Shown here in pieces: positions 17,862-29,846 of a DNA stretch of 64,000 nucleotides. The DNA is taken from positions 1 to 64,000 of the forward strand of contig CAWKNZ010000002.1 of assembly GCA_963851265.1 (NCBI GenBank), written 5' to 3'. The first letter of the stretch is position 1; every line of letters begins with the position of its first letter. Origin of the DNA: an uncultured Gemmatimonadales bacterium. GTDB lineage: Bacteria; Gemmatimonadota; Gemmatimonadetes; Gemmatimonadales; Gemmatimonadaceae. Position numbers and translations under genes: made by a program. Below the pieces are notes generated by a model. The model saw only the letters and a program-made list of their open reading frames with translations. It did no database searches and had not been told where the DNA came from.

Positions 17862-18872
17862 ATGCCGCGATTCCGCTCGCCGTCCGTCGCCCCCGCGCTC
17901 GTCGCCCGGGCGCTCGCCGCCGCCGCATTCACGCTGGCGCCTGTCCCCGCCCACGCGTGGGACGACGTCGGCCACATGGCGATCGCGATCGTCGCCTGGC
18001 GCCACATGACCCCCGTCGCCCGTGCGCGCGCGATCGCGCTGCTGCGCGCGGCCCCGCCCGGCGCCGGACTCGCACAGCTCCGTCCCAACGAGGGCGGACC
18101 CGAGGCGCGCGACCTCGCCCTGTTCGCGCGCGCGAGCACCTGGGCCGACCTCGTGCGCGACCGCAGCGACTCGGTCCGTTACGCGACGTACCACCACGCC
18201 ACCTGGCACTACCTGAGCTGGTACTGGCGCGCCGACTCCGCCGCCCGCGCGGTGGTCGTCACCGGCCTCCCGACCGACTCGCAGAACGTCGTCGAGCGCA
18301 TCGACGTCCTGCGCCCCGTGCTCGCCGACTCGACGCAACCCGCCGAATCGCGCGCGATCGCCCTCGCCTGGCTCCTGCACCTCGTGGGCGACATCCACCA
18401 GCCGCTCCACACCGCCTCGCACGTCACGGCGGCGCACGCCGACGGCGACCGCGGCGGCAACGCCGTGCGCCTCATCGACGACGGGCGCCCCACCAACCTT
18501 CACGCAGTCTGGGACGACCTCTTCGACGAGCGCCCCGGCACCCGCGGCGACGGTTCGGGGCGAGGCACCCCCGGTTCGCAGGCGCGCCTCGCGCAGGCCG
18601 AACGTGTCGCCGACGCGCTGGAACGCAACGCCAGCCCCGAGTCGGTCGGGGCCAAGGTCGGCGAGGCGCGGCCGAGCGTCTGGGCGCAGGAAGGGGAGGC
18701 GATCGACGAAACGTCGGTGTACACACCCGACCTCGTCGACGGCGGCCCGCTCCCCGCCGGCTACGTGGCCCGCGCCCGCGCCGTCGTCACGCCGCGAGCC
18801 GCCCTCGCCGGCTATCGCCTGGCCACGCTGCTCAACCAGTCCTTCGGCGGTACCTCGCCCGCCGCGCCGTAG
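17862..18872 (+). CDS. S1/P1 nuclease, secreted
   Basis: AWDDVGH after signal peptide, HLVGDIHQPLH, DRGGN, NLHAVWD. Confidence 0.92.
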   Translation: MPRFRSPSVAPALVARALAAAAFTLAPVPAHAWDDVGHMAIAIVAWRHMTPVARARAIALLRAAPPGAGLAQLRPNEGGPEARDLALFARASTWADLVRDRSDSVRYATYHHATWHYLSWYWRADSAARAVVVTGLPTDSQNVVERIDVLRPVLADSTQPAESRAIALAWLLHLVGDIHQPLHTASHVTAAHADGDRGGNAVRLIDDGRPTNLHAVWDDLFDERPGTRGDGSGRGTPGSQARLAQAERVADALERNASPESVGAKVGEARPSVWAQEGEAIDETSVYTPDLVDGGPLPAGYVARARAVVTPRAALAGYRLATLLNQSFGGTSPAAP

Positions 18873-18898
18873 AGGCGCCTAACGTCGCCTGGCGGCGC

Positions 18899-19372
18899 CT
18901 ACCGCGCCAGCAACGCCTCCAGCCGCGCCGGCGGCACCACGCCCACCTCGCGCCCGGTCTCCCGCCCCGCGCGGAACGCGACGAGCGCGGGGATGCTGCG
19001 GATCCCGAACCGCGCCGCCGTTCCCTGGCTCTGGTCGGTGTCGACCTTCGCGACGAGCGCCCGCCCGGCGTGCCGCCGCGCCAGCGCCTCGACCTGCGGC
19101 GCCATCGCCCGACACGGCCCACACCAGTCGGCGTAGAAGTCCACCAACACCGGCACCGTCGCGTCCGCGACCACCCGCGCGAACGTCGCGTCGGTGAGCG
19201 ACAGCGGCCGATCGAGCGCCAGCGGCGCCCGACAGGACGCGCAACGTGGCCCCGCGGCGATTCGGGCCAGGTCCACCCGGTTCAGCGTCTGACACGCAGG
19301 GCAGGGCACGGTCGCCTTTCGCGACTCCGCACCCGACGAACTCACGTCGGAACCCACGTCGGCAGTAGACAT
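18899..19372 (-). CDS. trxC: Thioredoxin 2 (Zn-binding N-terminus)
   Basis: CPAC...CASC plus WCGPC. Confidence 0.9.
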   Translation of the reverse strand: MSTADVGSDVSSSGAESRKATVPCPACQTLNRVDLARIAAGPRCASCRAPLALDRPLSLTDATFARVVADATVPVLVDFYADWCGPCRAMAPQVEALARRHAGRALVAKVDTDQSQGTAARFGIRSIPALVAFRAGRETGREVGVVPPARLEALLAR

Positions 19373-19659
19373 GGCCGAACGTAGGAGCAGAAACGGTGCG
19401 AGCGCCACGTTTCGGCCCCAGTCCAGCCCGATGGCCGTGAGCACCGCCCCGGCGCGCGGTTACCCGCGGAGCGCCTCCCACCGCGCCCGGACCGCGGCCG
19501 GGAGCACGAGGTCGTCGGCGATCGCGGCGATCTCCTCGGCCGCGCGCCACGCGTCCGCCAGAGCGGACCACGGTTGGGCCGAGCGGCCGTAGCCGCAGTG
19601 TCGGTCGCGCCCTCGCCGGCCAGACAGGCCGTGAGCCCGCCGAGCGAAAAGCCGCCTCA

Positions 19660-20227
19660 CACGGTCAGCCGCTCCCGGCGGCCCGCGGCCGGCGGCCGGC
19701 GGGCACCCGGGCGCAGGCGCGCCGGCCGCCCTCGGCGCGGCCGTAGCGCCGGGCCATGTTCGTTCTCACGCCGCACCCGTCGACGAAGACGAGGTCCGCG
19801 GGGCGCAGCGCCGGGACCGCGGCGGCCCACGCCGCCCGCGGCGCCGCGACGTCCTCACGCGCCTGCTCGGCGGCCGAGTGGCTGGTTTTTTGTCTGCCGT
19901 AGGTCGAGTCGCCGACAGGCCCGCCACACGCTCATGACGCTGACCGCGGTCCCCGTGCGTTCGCCGAGCGCCGTGGCCAGCTCGGCGAGTGTGCGGTCGG
20001 GGCGTTCCGCGATCAGCGCGCAGCGCGGTGCCGTCGACCCGCGCCGGCGTGCCGCCGCCATGCGGCCGCGGCGCCGCGATGCCGGTCAGGCGCTCGCGGC
20101 GCCGCCAGCGGCGCACCGTGCTCTCGCCGACGCCGAAGCGCGCGGCCCCCGCGCCGTGTGGGTGGGTGTCGGCGTGAGCGGCCGCCAGCACGCGGTCGCG
20201 CAGGTCCTGCGAGTACGCCTGGGCCAT
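19660..20227 (-). mobile_element. IS630-family transposase remnant (frameshifted, truncated)
   Basis: MAQAYSQDLRDRVL...ARFGVGESTVRRW; LIAERPDRTLAEL; A6 run at 19886-19891; ADLVFVDGCGVRTNMARRYGRA; the rest of the DDE domain is absent. Confidence 0.85.
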
Positions 20228-20935
20228 CGAGCACCTCCGAGGTCGGGTGCGCGACGGCCCGCACCAGCGGGCCCGCCGCGCACTCCCCGCCCGATCCGCG
20301 ATCCACACACGCGTCGCGCCGTCCCGAACGGTGGAGAACTCCGACGACACGTACGGTAGAGACCCGGACCGGCATGCCCCTCCCCTCGCGGGACGCGTGT
20401 GGTGCCGCATACAGCGCGCAGGCGCGAGGGTACGCCGTCGGACCGGCCCGCCTGACGGCGCAACGCCGACTGAGCCTCGGCACGGCCTAACAATCCCGTC
20501 CCGAGACTCCCGCGAGTGCTGTCCCGAGACGTTCAGCGGCGTCTCAGGACTTTCGCGACTGGTCAGTCCACCGTCGCCCGCGATTGCCCGTGGCGTAACC
20601 CCGTTGGCCGTTCGCGCCCTCGGCGCCCCCACGCGGCTGCCCTACCATGCCCACGTGCCCACTCGGCGCGTTCGCGCCATCCCTCCCCTGCATCACCCGC
20701 CCGCCATGCAGCCCCACGCCGCCCCGGCCCGCCGCCCCATCCCCGCTCCCGACGGACACGGCCAACCGCCGCGACACCCGCCACACCGCCCGCCACACGG
20801 CACGACGAACCCCGCACCCCACCGAAGCTGGCGCACACCGCGCACGACTGGTTGGGCATCCTACACCCCGCGTGTCGAACCCGCGCATCGCGGTTCGGCA
20901 CCAACCGCCACGACACCCCCCCGCCAAACCCGCAT

Positions 20936-22261
20936 GTGACCACCGACCGACCCCCCGCCGACCCCGACGGCCCAGCGGCCGTCCCCGAACTTCTCCCCGC
21001 ATCCGTCTACGGCCTCGACCCAACGACCGCACTCTCCGCCGACCTCTCCACCCTCGCCGGCCACACCTCCCCCCAGACCACCCCTCTGGGCGCGGTCGCC
21101 GCCCCGTGGCTCGCGATGATCGGGACGCTCACGCACGTCGGGTATCTCCACCCCCGACACCGCCCCGCCTACCTCCGCTCCGCCGCCGCCCTCTGGACCG
21201 AAGCGGCCCTCCGCTGGAACCAGCCCCGCTTCGCGCAACTCGGCGGCCGACTCAGCCGATGGCGGTCGGCATACCCAACCCTCGCCCTCGTCCGCGACCT
21301 GCTCTGGGCACTGGAACAGCTCGAGTCCGTCGGCGGCGTTCGCCTCGCCTACACCGGACTCATTGCCCTCACCGCCCTCGTCCCGCCTAACAGCCGACGC
21401 GCCGGCCACATCCTCGCCCAGTCAGGCCGCCCACTCCGCACGCTCGGCGCCCTCGAGGCGGCCCTCGCCCGCTACGAATCGGGCATCCGGATCGGACGCG
21501 CCCACCACGACCGGTGGCTCCACGCCCGCAGCGCACTCGGCGCCGGCGGCGTCCACACCTTCCGCGGCAACCACCCCGCCGCCCGCGCAGCGTTCGCCCA
21601 CGTACTCCGCCTCATGCCCGACACCTCGGTGCTCGCCAAGGCGGCCCACCATGGCCTCGTGCTCTGCAGTACCGCGGCCGGCGACTACGCCGACGCCCTG
21701 CGACACGGCTGGACCTCCTTCCGCACGCGACGCGCCGACGCCACCGCCCGCGCGGAAGCCCTCAGCCTGCTCGCCGACCTCTGCACCCGCCTCGGTCGCC
21801 ACGAGTCGGCCATCCGCTCGGCACAAGCAGCCCTCCAACTCACGTCGCTCGTCCGCCTGCGCATCTCACTGCTGCGCATCGCCCTCCAGGCCGCACACGT
21901 CGGCCGCTACGACCAACTGACCCGCCACTACGCCGGGGCACTCGCGAACTGCATCGGCACAGGCGGCGACCTCCACGAAGACGCAGCCGGGTGGCTCGCC
22001 CTCGCGGACGTGCACGCGGCCCAACGCGACACCGCCGCCGCCCAACGCTGCCTCTCCGCAGCCACGGCCCTCGCAACACGCTGCGGTTACCACGAGCTGT
22101 CGTTCAAGATCGAAGCAGCCCGCCACCGACTCCACTCGAAAACACTCGGTGAACCTCGGCATACCTGGAACGCCACGGCAACCCTCGATCGGCACGCGGT
22201 CGCCGTCCTCGACGCACTCGCCCACCTCCCGACCGATGCTGCCGCCCTCCTCACCCTCTGA
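20936..22261 (+). CDS. Hypothetical TPR-like alpha-helical protein
   Basis: Repeated TPR-like units (GALEAALARYESG, RGNHPAARAAF, GDYADALRHG, LGRHESAIRSA); the ORF is open from 20516, so the start is uncertain. Confidence 0.6.
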   Translation: MTTDRPPADPDGPAAVPELLPASVYGLDPTTALSADLSTLAGHTSPQTTPLGAVAAPWLAMIGTLTHVGYLHPRHRPAYLRSAAALWTEAALRWNQPRFAQLGGRLSRWRSAYPTLALVRDLLWALEQLESVGGVRLAYTGLIALTALVPPNSRRAGHILAQSGRPLRTLGALEAALARYESGIRIGRAHHDRWLHARSALGAGGVHTFRGNHPAARAAFAHVLRLMPDTSVLAKAAHHGLVLCSTAAGDYADALRHGWTSFRTRRADATARAEALSLLADLCTRLGRHESAIRSAQAALQLTSLVRLRISLLRIALQAAHVGRYDQLTRHYAGALANCIGTGGDLHEDAAGWLALADVHAAQRDTAAAQRCLSAATALATRCGYHELSFKIEAARHRLHSKTLGEPRHTWNATATLDRHAVAVLDALAHLPTDAAALLTL

Positions 22262-22264
22262 CGC

Positions 22265-22504
22265 TCACCACCAGATCGGCGTCTGCGTCCGGCCCGTCGC
22301 TCCCGGAGCCGACACCACCGGCGTACCGGCCGCGGGCGTCGACCGCTCGGTCCGCGACACCCCAGCCACGGAGGCGTTGGCGGCAGGTTCGGTCGACATG
22401 GCGCGCTCTGCACAAGCGCCGGCCAACACGACGGCTGGAACCGGAACCCACAGGACAACACGACGGATCGCGGACGCGAGCGAACTGGAAATCGAGAGCG
22501 GCAT
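22265..22504 (-). CDS. Small exported peptide/lipoprotein (79 aa) ending RTQTPIWW
   Basis: RRVVLWVPVPAVVLAGAC signal/lipobox, low-complexity linker, aromatic C-terminus. Confidence 0.55.
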   Translation of the reverse strand: MPLSISSSLASAIRRVVLWVPVPAVVLAGACAERAMSTEPAANASVAGVSRTERSTPAAGTPVVSAPGATGRTQTPIWW

Positions 22505-22735
22505 GAGGCGCGGTGGTGGTGTGAGGCGGGAAGACGCGAGGCTGTTCCCACAGGCCAGCACGCTAGAGGCGCCTGACACACGGCACGCGGCTGCCACGGG
22601 CAGCAGCGTCACTCCATGTGAATTCCGCGTCATGTGGTCTGGTGCTCTCCCCTTTCCGCCCCGTGTCGAATACGCTGCAGCTGCTTTCCCGCAGCAGAAT
22701 CCCGCTCCCATGTCCTCCTGCTTCGCCACGCGCGC

Positions 22736-23755
22736 ATGGCCATCGTCGCGCTCCTGACCGACGTCACCCTGCGCCTACGGCTCACCGGCGCACTGAAGGG
22801 CTGGTCGACTCCCGTCGAGTGCGTGGCCCACGCGCGTGACGCCCGCGTCCGCCTGGCCGCGGGCGATGTGCGCGCCCTCGTTACCGGCCCCCGCGATGCG
22901 AGCGAGCGTCCCACCGCTCCCCTCGTTGCCGACGTCCGGCGCGACCACCCGAGCGTTGCCGTCGTCGCCTACTGCTCGAGCAGCGCGGGCAGCTCCGACG
23001 ACATTCTCGACCTCGTCCGCGCCGGCGCGCACACGCTCGTCGTCCGCGGCGTCGACGACGAGCGCCATGCGTTCCGCGCCGCGCTGCGCGGTGCCGAACA
23101 GCGCTGCACCGCCGCCCTCGTGTTCGAGCGCGTCCGCGACCACCTGCCGTCGGCGGTTGCCCCGCTCGTCGCTCTGTATCTGCGGGCCGACGGCATGCCG
23201 CCGTCCGTCGCAGAAGCCGCCGAACTCCTCGGCGTGCACCGAAAGACCCTCGTGAACCGCCTCGCTGCGGCCGGGTGCCCCACCCCCCGCGCGCTCCGCA
23301 CGTGGTGCCGCCTGTTCGTCGCCGCCCGACTTCTGGAAGAACCGGGACGTACGATCGACAGCATCGCCCGCCAGCTCGACTTCGACTCGACGACCGGGCT
23401 CCGCAACGCCCTCAAGCGCTACACCGGACACGGTGCCGGCGCCGTCCGCGCCGCCGGAGGTCTGGCCGACGTGCTCGCGCGGTTCAACGCCGCGTGCGCG
23501 GCGCGCCGCCCGGCATCCCCTCGTGCGCTGGCGACGGGCGCCGCTGTCTCCCCCGCCCACGTCCGCCCCCCCGCGCCGCACCCCGCCACGGTCGACCTGC
23601 CACCCGCCGCCCCGCTGGAACCGGCCAACCCTCATCGCCCCGCGCCCGCCGTGCTCGCGAGCGCAGCGAACGTGGCGGCCCGCGTTGTCGTTTTTATTGG
23701 TGCGCTCTGCCTGCAATTCGGTCCCGCTGACGAGCTACTCTGTATGGCGCTTTAG
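22736..23755 (+). CDS. AraC-type HTH regulator with receiver-like N-terminus
   Basis: LGVHRKTLVNRL...CRLFVAARLLEEPGRTIDSIARQLDFDSTTGLRNALKRYTG. Confidence 0.8.
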   Translation: MAIVALLTDVTLRLRLTGALKGWSTPVECVAHARDARVRLAAGDVRALVTGPRDASERPTAPLVADVRRDHPSVAVVAYCSSSAGSSDDILDLVRAGAHTLVVRGVDDERHAFRAALRGAEQRCTAALVFERVRDHLPSAVAPLVALYLRADGMPPSVAEAAELLGVHRKTLVNRLAAAGCPTPRALRTWCRLFVAARLLEEPGRTIDSIARQLDFDSTTGLRNALKRYTGHGAGAVRAAGGLADVLARFNAACAARRPASPRALATGAAVSPAHVRPPAPHPATVDLPPAAPLEPANPHRPAPAVLASAANVAARVVVFIGALCLQFGPADELLCMAL

Positions 23756-23840
23756 GTCACGCCCGTTTCACCGCGCGCCGCCCCGCCGCTTCCCGAGACG
23801 TCCCGATTATGGGCGTGGCGAGTTGCCGATACCGCTCCAT

Positions 23841-25799
23841 ATGGCTACCGCGTTCACCCGCGCCAAACACCTCGTGTTCGGTCGGCCCCTGCCGAGCGAC
23901 CGACTCGAGCACGAACGGCTGGATAAGCGCACCGCGCTCGCCGTCTTGTCGTCTGACGCGATATCGTCGGTCGCCTATGCCACCGACCAGATCCTCTTCG
24001 TGCTCGGCGGCGCCCTTGGGGCCACGGCGGTCGGCTACGTCGTCCCGATCTCCGCAACGATCGTCGGGCTGCTCGTCCTCGTCGGCCTCTCGTACCGGCA
24101 GACCGTCTTCGCCTACCCCGGGGGCGGCGGCTCCTACACGGTCGCCAAGGAGAACCTCGGGACGAGTGCCGGCCTCATCGCGGCGGCCGCCCTTCTCACC
24201 GACTACATCCTCACCGTCGCGGTGAGCATCTCCGGCGGCGTCGCGGCCATCACCTCCGCGTACCCGTCGCTCCTCTCCCATACCGTCGGCATCTGCCTCG
24301 CCAGCATCGTCCTGCTCGGCGTGGTCAACCTGCGCGGCGTGCGCGAGAGCGGCGCCGCGTTCTCCGTGCCGACCTACGTTTTCATCGTGGCCATGTGCCT
24401 GCTCATCGGCACCGGGCTGTACCGCCTCACGACCGGCCACGAACTCGCCCCCCTCACCGGCGCGCTCAAGGTCGACCCGGTCAGCGTGCGCGAACATCCG
24501 GCCGGCAGCATCTCGCCGATGACCGGCCTCGCCCTCGGCTACCTGCTGCTCCGCGGATTCGCGGAGGGCTGCGCGGCGATGACCGGCACCGAAGCCATCT
24601 CCAACGGCGTGATGGCGTTCAAGCATCCCGCCCAGAAGAACGCGGCGACCACGCTCGGCGTCATGGTCGCCATCCTCGCCGTGTTCTTCCTGGGCGTCAG
24701 CTTCCTCGCTCAGCACTACGCCGTGATGCCGACCACCGACCAGACGGTGCTGTCCATCCTGGGCCGGCACGTCTTCGGCAGCGGCTTCTTCTACTACCTG
24801 CTGCAGTACAGCACCTTCGCCGTGCTCGTGCTCGCGGCCAACACGGCGTTCGCCGACTTCCCGCGACTGGGCAGCATTCTGGCGCACGACCGCTACCTCC
24901 CGCGCCAGCTCGCGGCCCGCGGCGACCGCCTCGCGTTCTCCAACGGCATCATCGTCCTCGCCGCCATCGCCGCCCTGCTCGTCTGGATCTTCCGCGGCAA
25001 CACCAATGCGCTCGTGCCGCTCTACGCGCTCGGCGTGTTCCTCTGCTTCACCCTGTCGCAGGCCGGCATGGTCGTCCACTGGCGCGCGACCAGGGAGCCC
25101 GGCTGGCAGTGGCGCGCCGTCCTCAACGGCGTCGGCGCGGTCGCGACCGGTATTGTCACCATCATCCAGGTCGTCACCAAGTTCGCCGAAGGCGGCTGGA
25201 TCGTCGTCGTGCTCGTGCCTCTCATCATCTGGATGCTCGTCGGCATCCACCGGCACTACGACACGTTCGCCCGCGAGGTCGCGTTCACCGGCCAGGCGCC
25301 GCTGCTCTTCCTGCACCACACGGTCGTCGTCCCCGTCGGCGCGATCACCAAGGCGTCCGCCGGCGCGCTCGTCTACGCCACCGCCATCTCCGAAGATGTG
25401 CGCGCGGCGTACATCGAGGTCGACCCCACCGCCACCGAGCGCTTCCGCGAGCAGTGGGCGCAGTGGGACATCGGCGTCGACCTTGCCGTGCTCCCCTCGC
25501 CGTTCCGCTCCGTCCTCCGCCCGCTCGTCGACTACGTGAACGGACTGCTCCAGAAAGGGCAGACCGACCTGATCACCGTCGTCGTCCCCGAAGTCGTGCC
25601 CCACCGCTGGTGGGAGCACCTGCTCCACAACAAGACCGCACTCTACATCCGTACGGCCTTCCTCTTTCGCCGGAACGTGGTCGTCACGAGCGTCCCCTAC
25701 CTGCTCGGCCACGCCGGGCGCCTGCGCGACGTGCTCGAGCGCGACGAGGACCTCGAACAGATCCCCGCCGCGCGTGAGCCCGCGTCGGTCGTCAGCTGA
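23841..25799 (+). CDS. APC-family permease, KimA/YdaO-like K+ transporter
   Basis: LSSDAISSVAYA, YPGGGGSY, NLRGVRESG, TGTEAISNG, FADFPRL, LLHNKTAL. Confidence 0.88.
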   Translation: MATAFTRAKHLVFGRPLPSDRLEHERLDKRTALAVLSSDAISSVAYATDQILFVLGGALGATAVGYVVPISATIVGLLVLVGLSYRQTVFAYPGGGGSYTVAKENLGTSAGLIAAAALLTDYILTVAVSISGGVAAITSAYPSLLSHTVGICLASIVLLGVVNLRGVRESGAAFSVPTYVFIVAMCLLIGTGLYRLTTGHELAPLTGALKVDPVSVREHPAGSISPMTGLALGYLLLRGFAEGCAAMTGTEAISNGVMAFKHPAQKNAATTLGVMVAILAVFFLGVSFLAQHYAVMPTTDQTVLSILGRHVFGSGFFYYLLQYSTFAVLVLAANTAFADFPRLGSILAHDRYLPRQLAARGDRLAFSNGIIVLAAIAALLVWIFRGNTNALVPLYALGVFLCFTLSQAGMVVHWRATREPGWQWRAVLNGVGAVATGIVTIIQVVTKFAEGGWIVVVLVPLIIWMLVGIHRHYDTFAREVAFTGQAPLLFLHHTVVVPVGAITKASAGALVYATAISEDVRAAYIEVDPTATERFREQWAQWDIGVDLAVLPSPFRSVLRPLVDYVNGLLQKGQTDLITVVVPEVVPHRWWEHLLHNKTALYIRTAFLFRRNVVVTSVPYLLGHAGRLRDVLERDEDLEQIPAAREPASVVS

Positions 25800-25802
25800 G
25801 CG

Positions 25803-26747
25803 TTACCAGCTCACGTCGAAGTCGTACCAGCCCGCGCCCGCGTCACGATCCTCGACGCGCACCACGGCCGTGTAGCCGTTCCACGCGCGCGGCTGCTGCA
25901 CCACCGCGACCCGGCCGCGGCCCGACCGGTCGTTCACGCGCACCGTGACGTCGCGCGCCGGCAGCGTACCGCCCGCGAACTGGCTCCGCACGTCCGCGGC
26001 GCCCTGACCGCTGACCGTACGCGTGTCGACGCGACCGCCCTGAAGGCGGATCTCCTCGACGTCGTCCACCCGACCGCGCCAGTGCAGCATGCCCGAGCCG
26101 GCGTACGTACCGCCGCCGTTGTTGTAGCCGCCATTGTTGTAGCCGCCGTTGTTGTACCCGCCGCCGGACCCGTAGCGGCCGTCGCCATCCCGCCGGTCGC
26201 CATCCCGCCGGTCGCCGTCGCGACGGTCGTCGCGTCCGTCGGAGCCGCCCGGGTACCCGCCGCCATAGCCGCCGCCGTACCCGCCCGTGGGACGCCACGT
26301 CGCGACGAGGCGGTAGAAGCCGGCGCCGGCGTCGTCGTCCCGTACCCGCACTACCGCGCGGTAGCCGTTACGGCTCGTCGGCTGCTCGACGACGTCGACG
26401 CGACCTCGCCCCTCCTCGATCCGCACGTCGATCACGCCGTTGGTCTGCGGTAGCGCCGAGGCGACGCGCGCCCGCCCGCCGGCCCCGTTGTCGTAGCCGT
26501 CGATCTGCGTACGCACGTCGCCGTTCTGCATGACGATGTACGCCTCGCGGTCCACCCGCCCGTTCCACGCGTAGAGCGGGCGCGCGTTGTCGTACCCGGC
26601 GTTGTTACCCCCGCCGTAGCGGCCGTCGGTGTTCCCCCACCGACCCTGTGCCGCGGCGGGCGACGTGGCCGCCGCAGCGGCGAGCGCAACGCCCGCGGCG
26701 GCGGCGAGGGAGCGAACCATCCGATGCGTCAGCAGCGTCGTGCCCAT
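25803..26747 (-). CDS. Secreted hypothetical protein with two internal domain copies and a Gly/Tyr/Asn-rich linker
   Basis: Signal peptide; WxGRVD...GRGRVxVV[EQ]QP..NGYxAVVRV.D.DAGAGxY occurs twice. Confidence 0.75.
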   Translation of the reverse strand: MGTTLLTHRMVRSLAAAAGVALAAAAATSPAAAQGRWGNTDGRYGGGNNAGYDNARPLYAWNGRVDREAYIVMQNGDVRTQIDGYDNGAGGRARVASALPQTNGVIDVRIEEGRGRVDVVEQPTSRNGYRAVVRVRDDDAGAGFYRLVATWRPTGGYGGGYGGGYPGGSDGRDDRRDGDRRDGDRRDGDGRYGSGGGYNNGGYNNGGYNNGGGTYAGSGMLHWRGRVDDVEEIRLQGGRVDTRTVSGQGAADVRSQFAGGTLPARDVTVRVNDRSGRGRVAVVQQPRAWNGYTAVVRVEDRDAGAGWYDFDVSW

Positions 26748-26815
26748 GCGAGTCTTCCTCCGGTCGAGTTCCAACGCGTCGCGGCGGACCGCCGGGCGCT
26801 CGATATCGAGATCAA

Positions 26816-26830
26816 GCATCGGAAATGCCG
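26816..26830 (-). promoter_or_regulatory. Putative sigma54 promoter with upstream IHF-like AT-rich palindrome (26868-26890)
   Basis: Minus strand CGGCATTTCCGATGC = GG-N10-GC; AAGTCATT..AATGACTT nearby. Confidence 0.5.
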
Positions 26831-27234
26831 CGGGCCCGCCTGCGACCACCGCCCGCATGGCGATGCTAAGTCATTGCATGGAAATGACTTGTGGCGAACG
26901 ATCCGGGCGCGTGGCAGCCGATGGGCCACCGGCCGTCCACTCCGCGGGACGCCGCCCGTCCGCGCCTGCGGACGCGCCTGCGTGATCGCCAGTTGTTAAG
27001 ACGCGACCCCGTGCACGGCGCCGCCGATTGGGACGGCGTGCATGCCGCTCCCTGCCCCGGCGCGCGGCGCTACGTGGGGATGGACTCGTCGTCGCTCGCG
27101 ACTCCAACGGGCCGGCCGGCACGCGGAGAGGGCCGTACGCATTTCCGCACGTTCGCGCACGTATCCAACGTGTGCTGCCCTCTGGCCCGGATCTCGCCAG
27201 TGAGCCGCAACTTCGCGCCACCGCCTGCCACGTC

Positions 27235-29766
<2,532 letters not shown>

Positions 29767-29846
29767 CCGCCTCAGCCGTTAGGCACGGTGGGGCGGACAC
29801 GGCGAGACGGGCACGGCCGTCCAGCCGTCCCGGTCCGGCCCGAGTG

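Noticed and set aside
23756..23840. c-di-AMP (ydaO) riboswitch expected before a KimA-like gene
   Set aside because: The gap is short and I could not find the conserved riboswitch blocks
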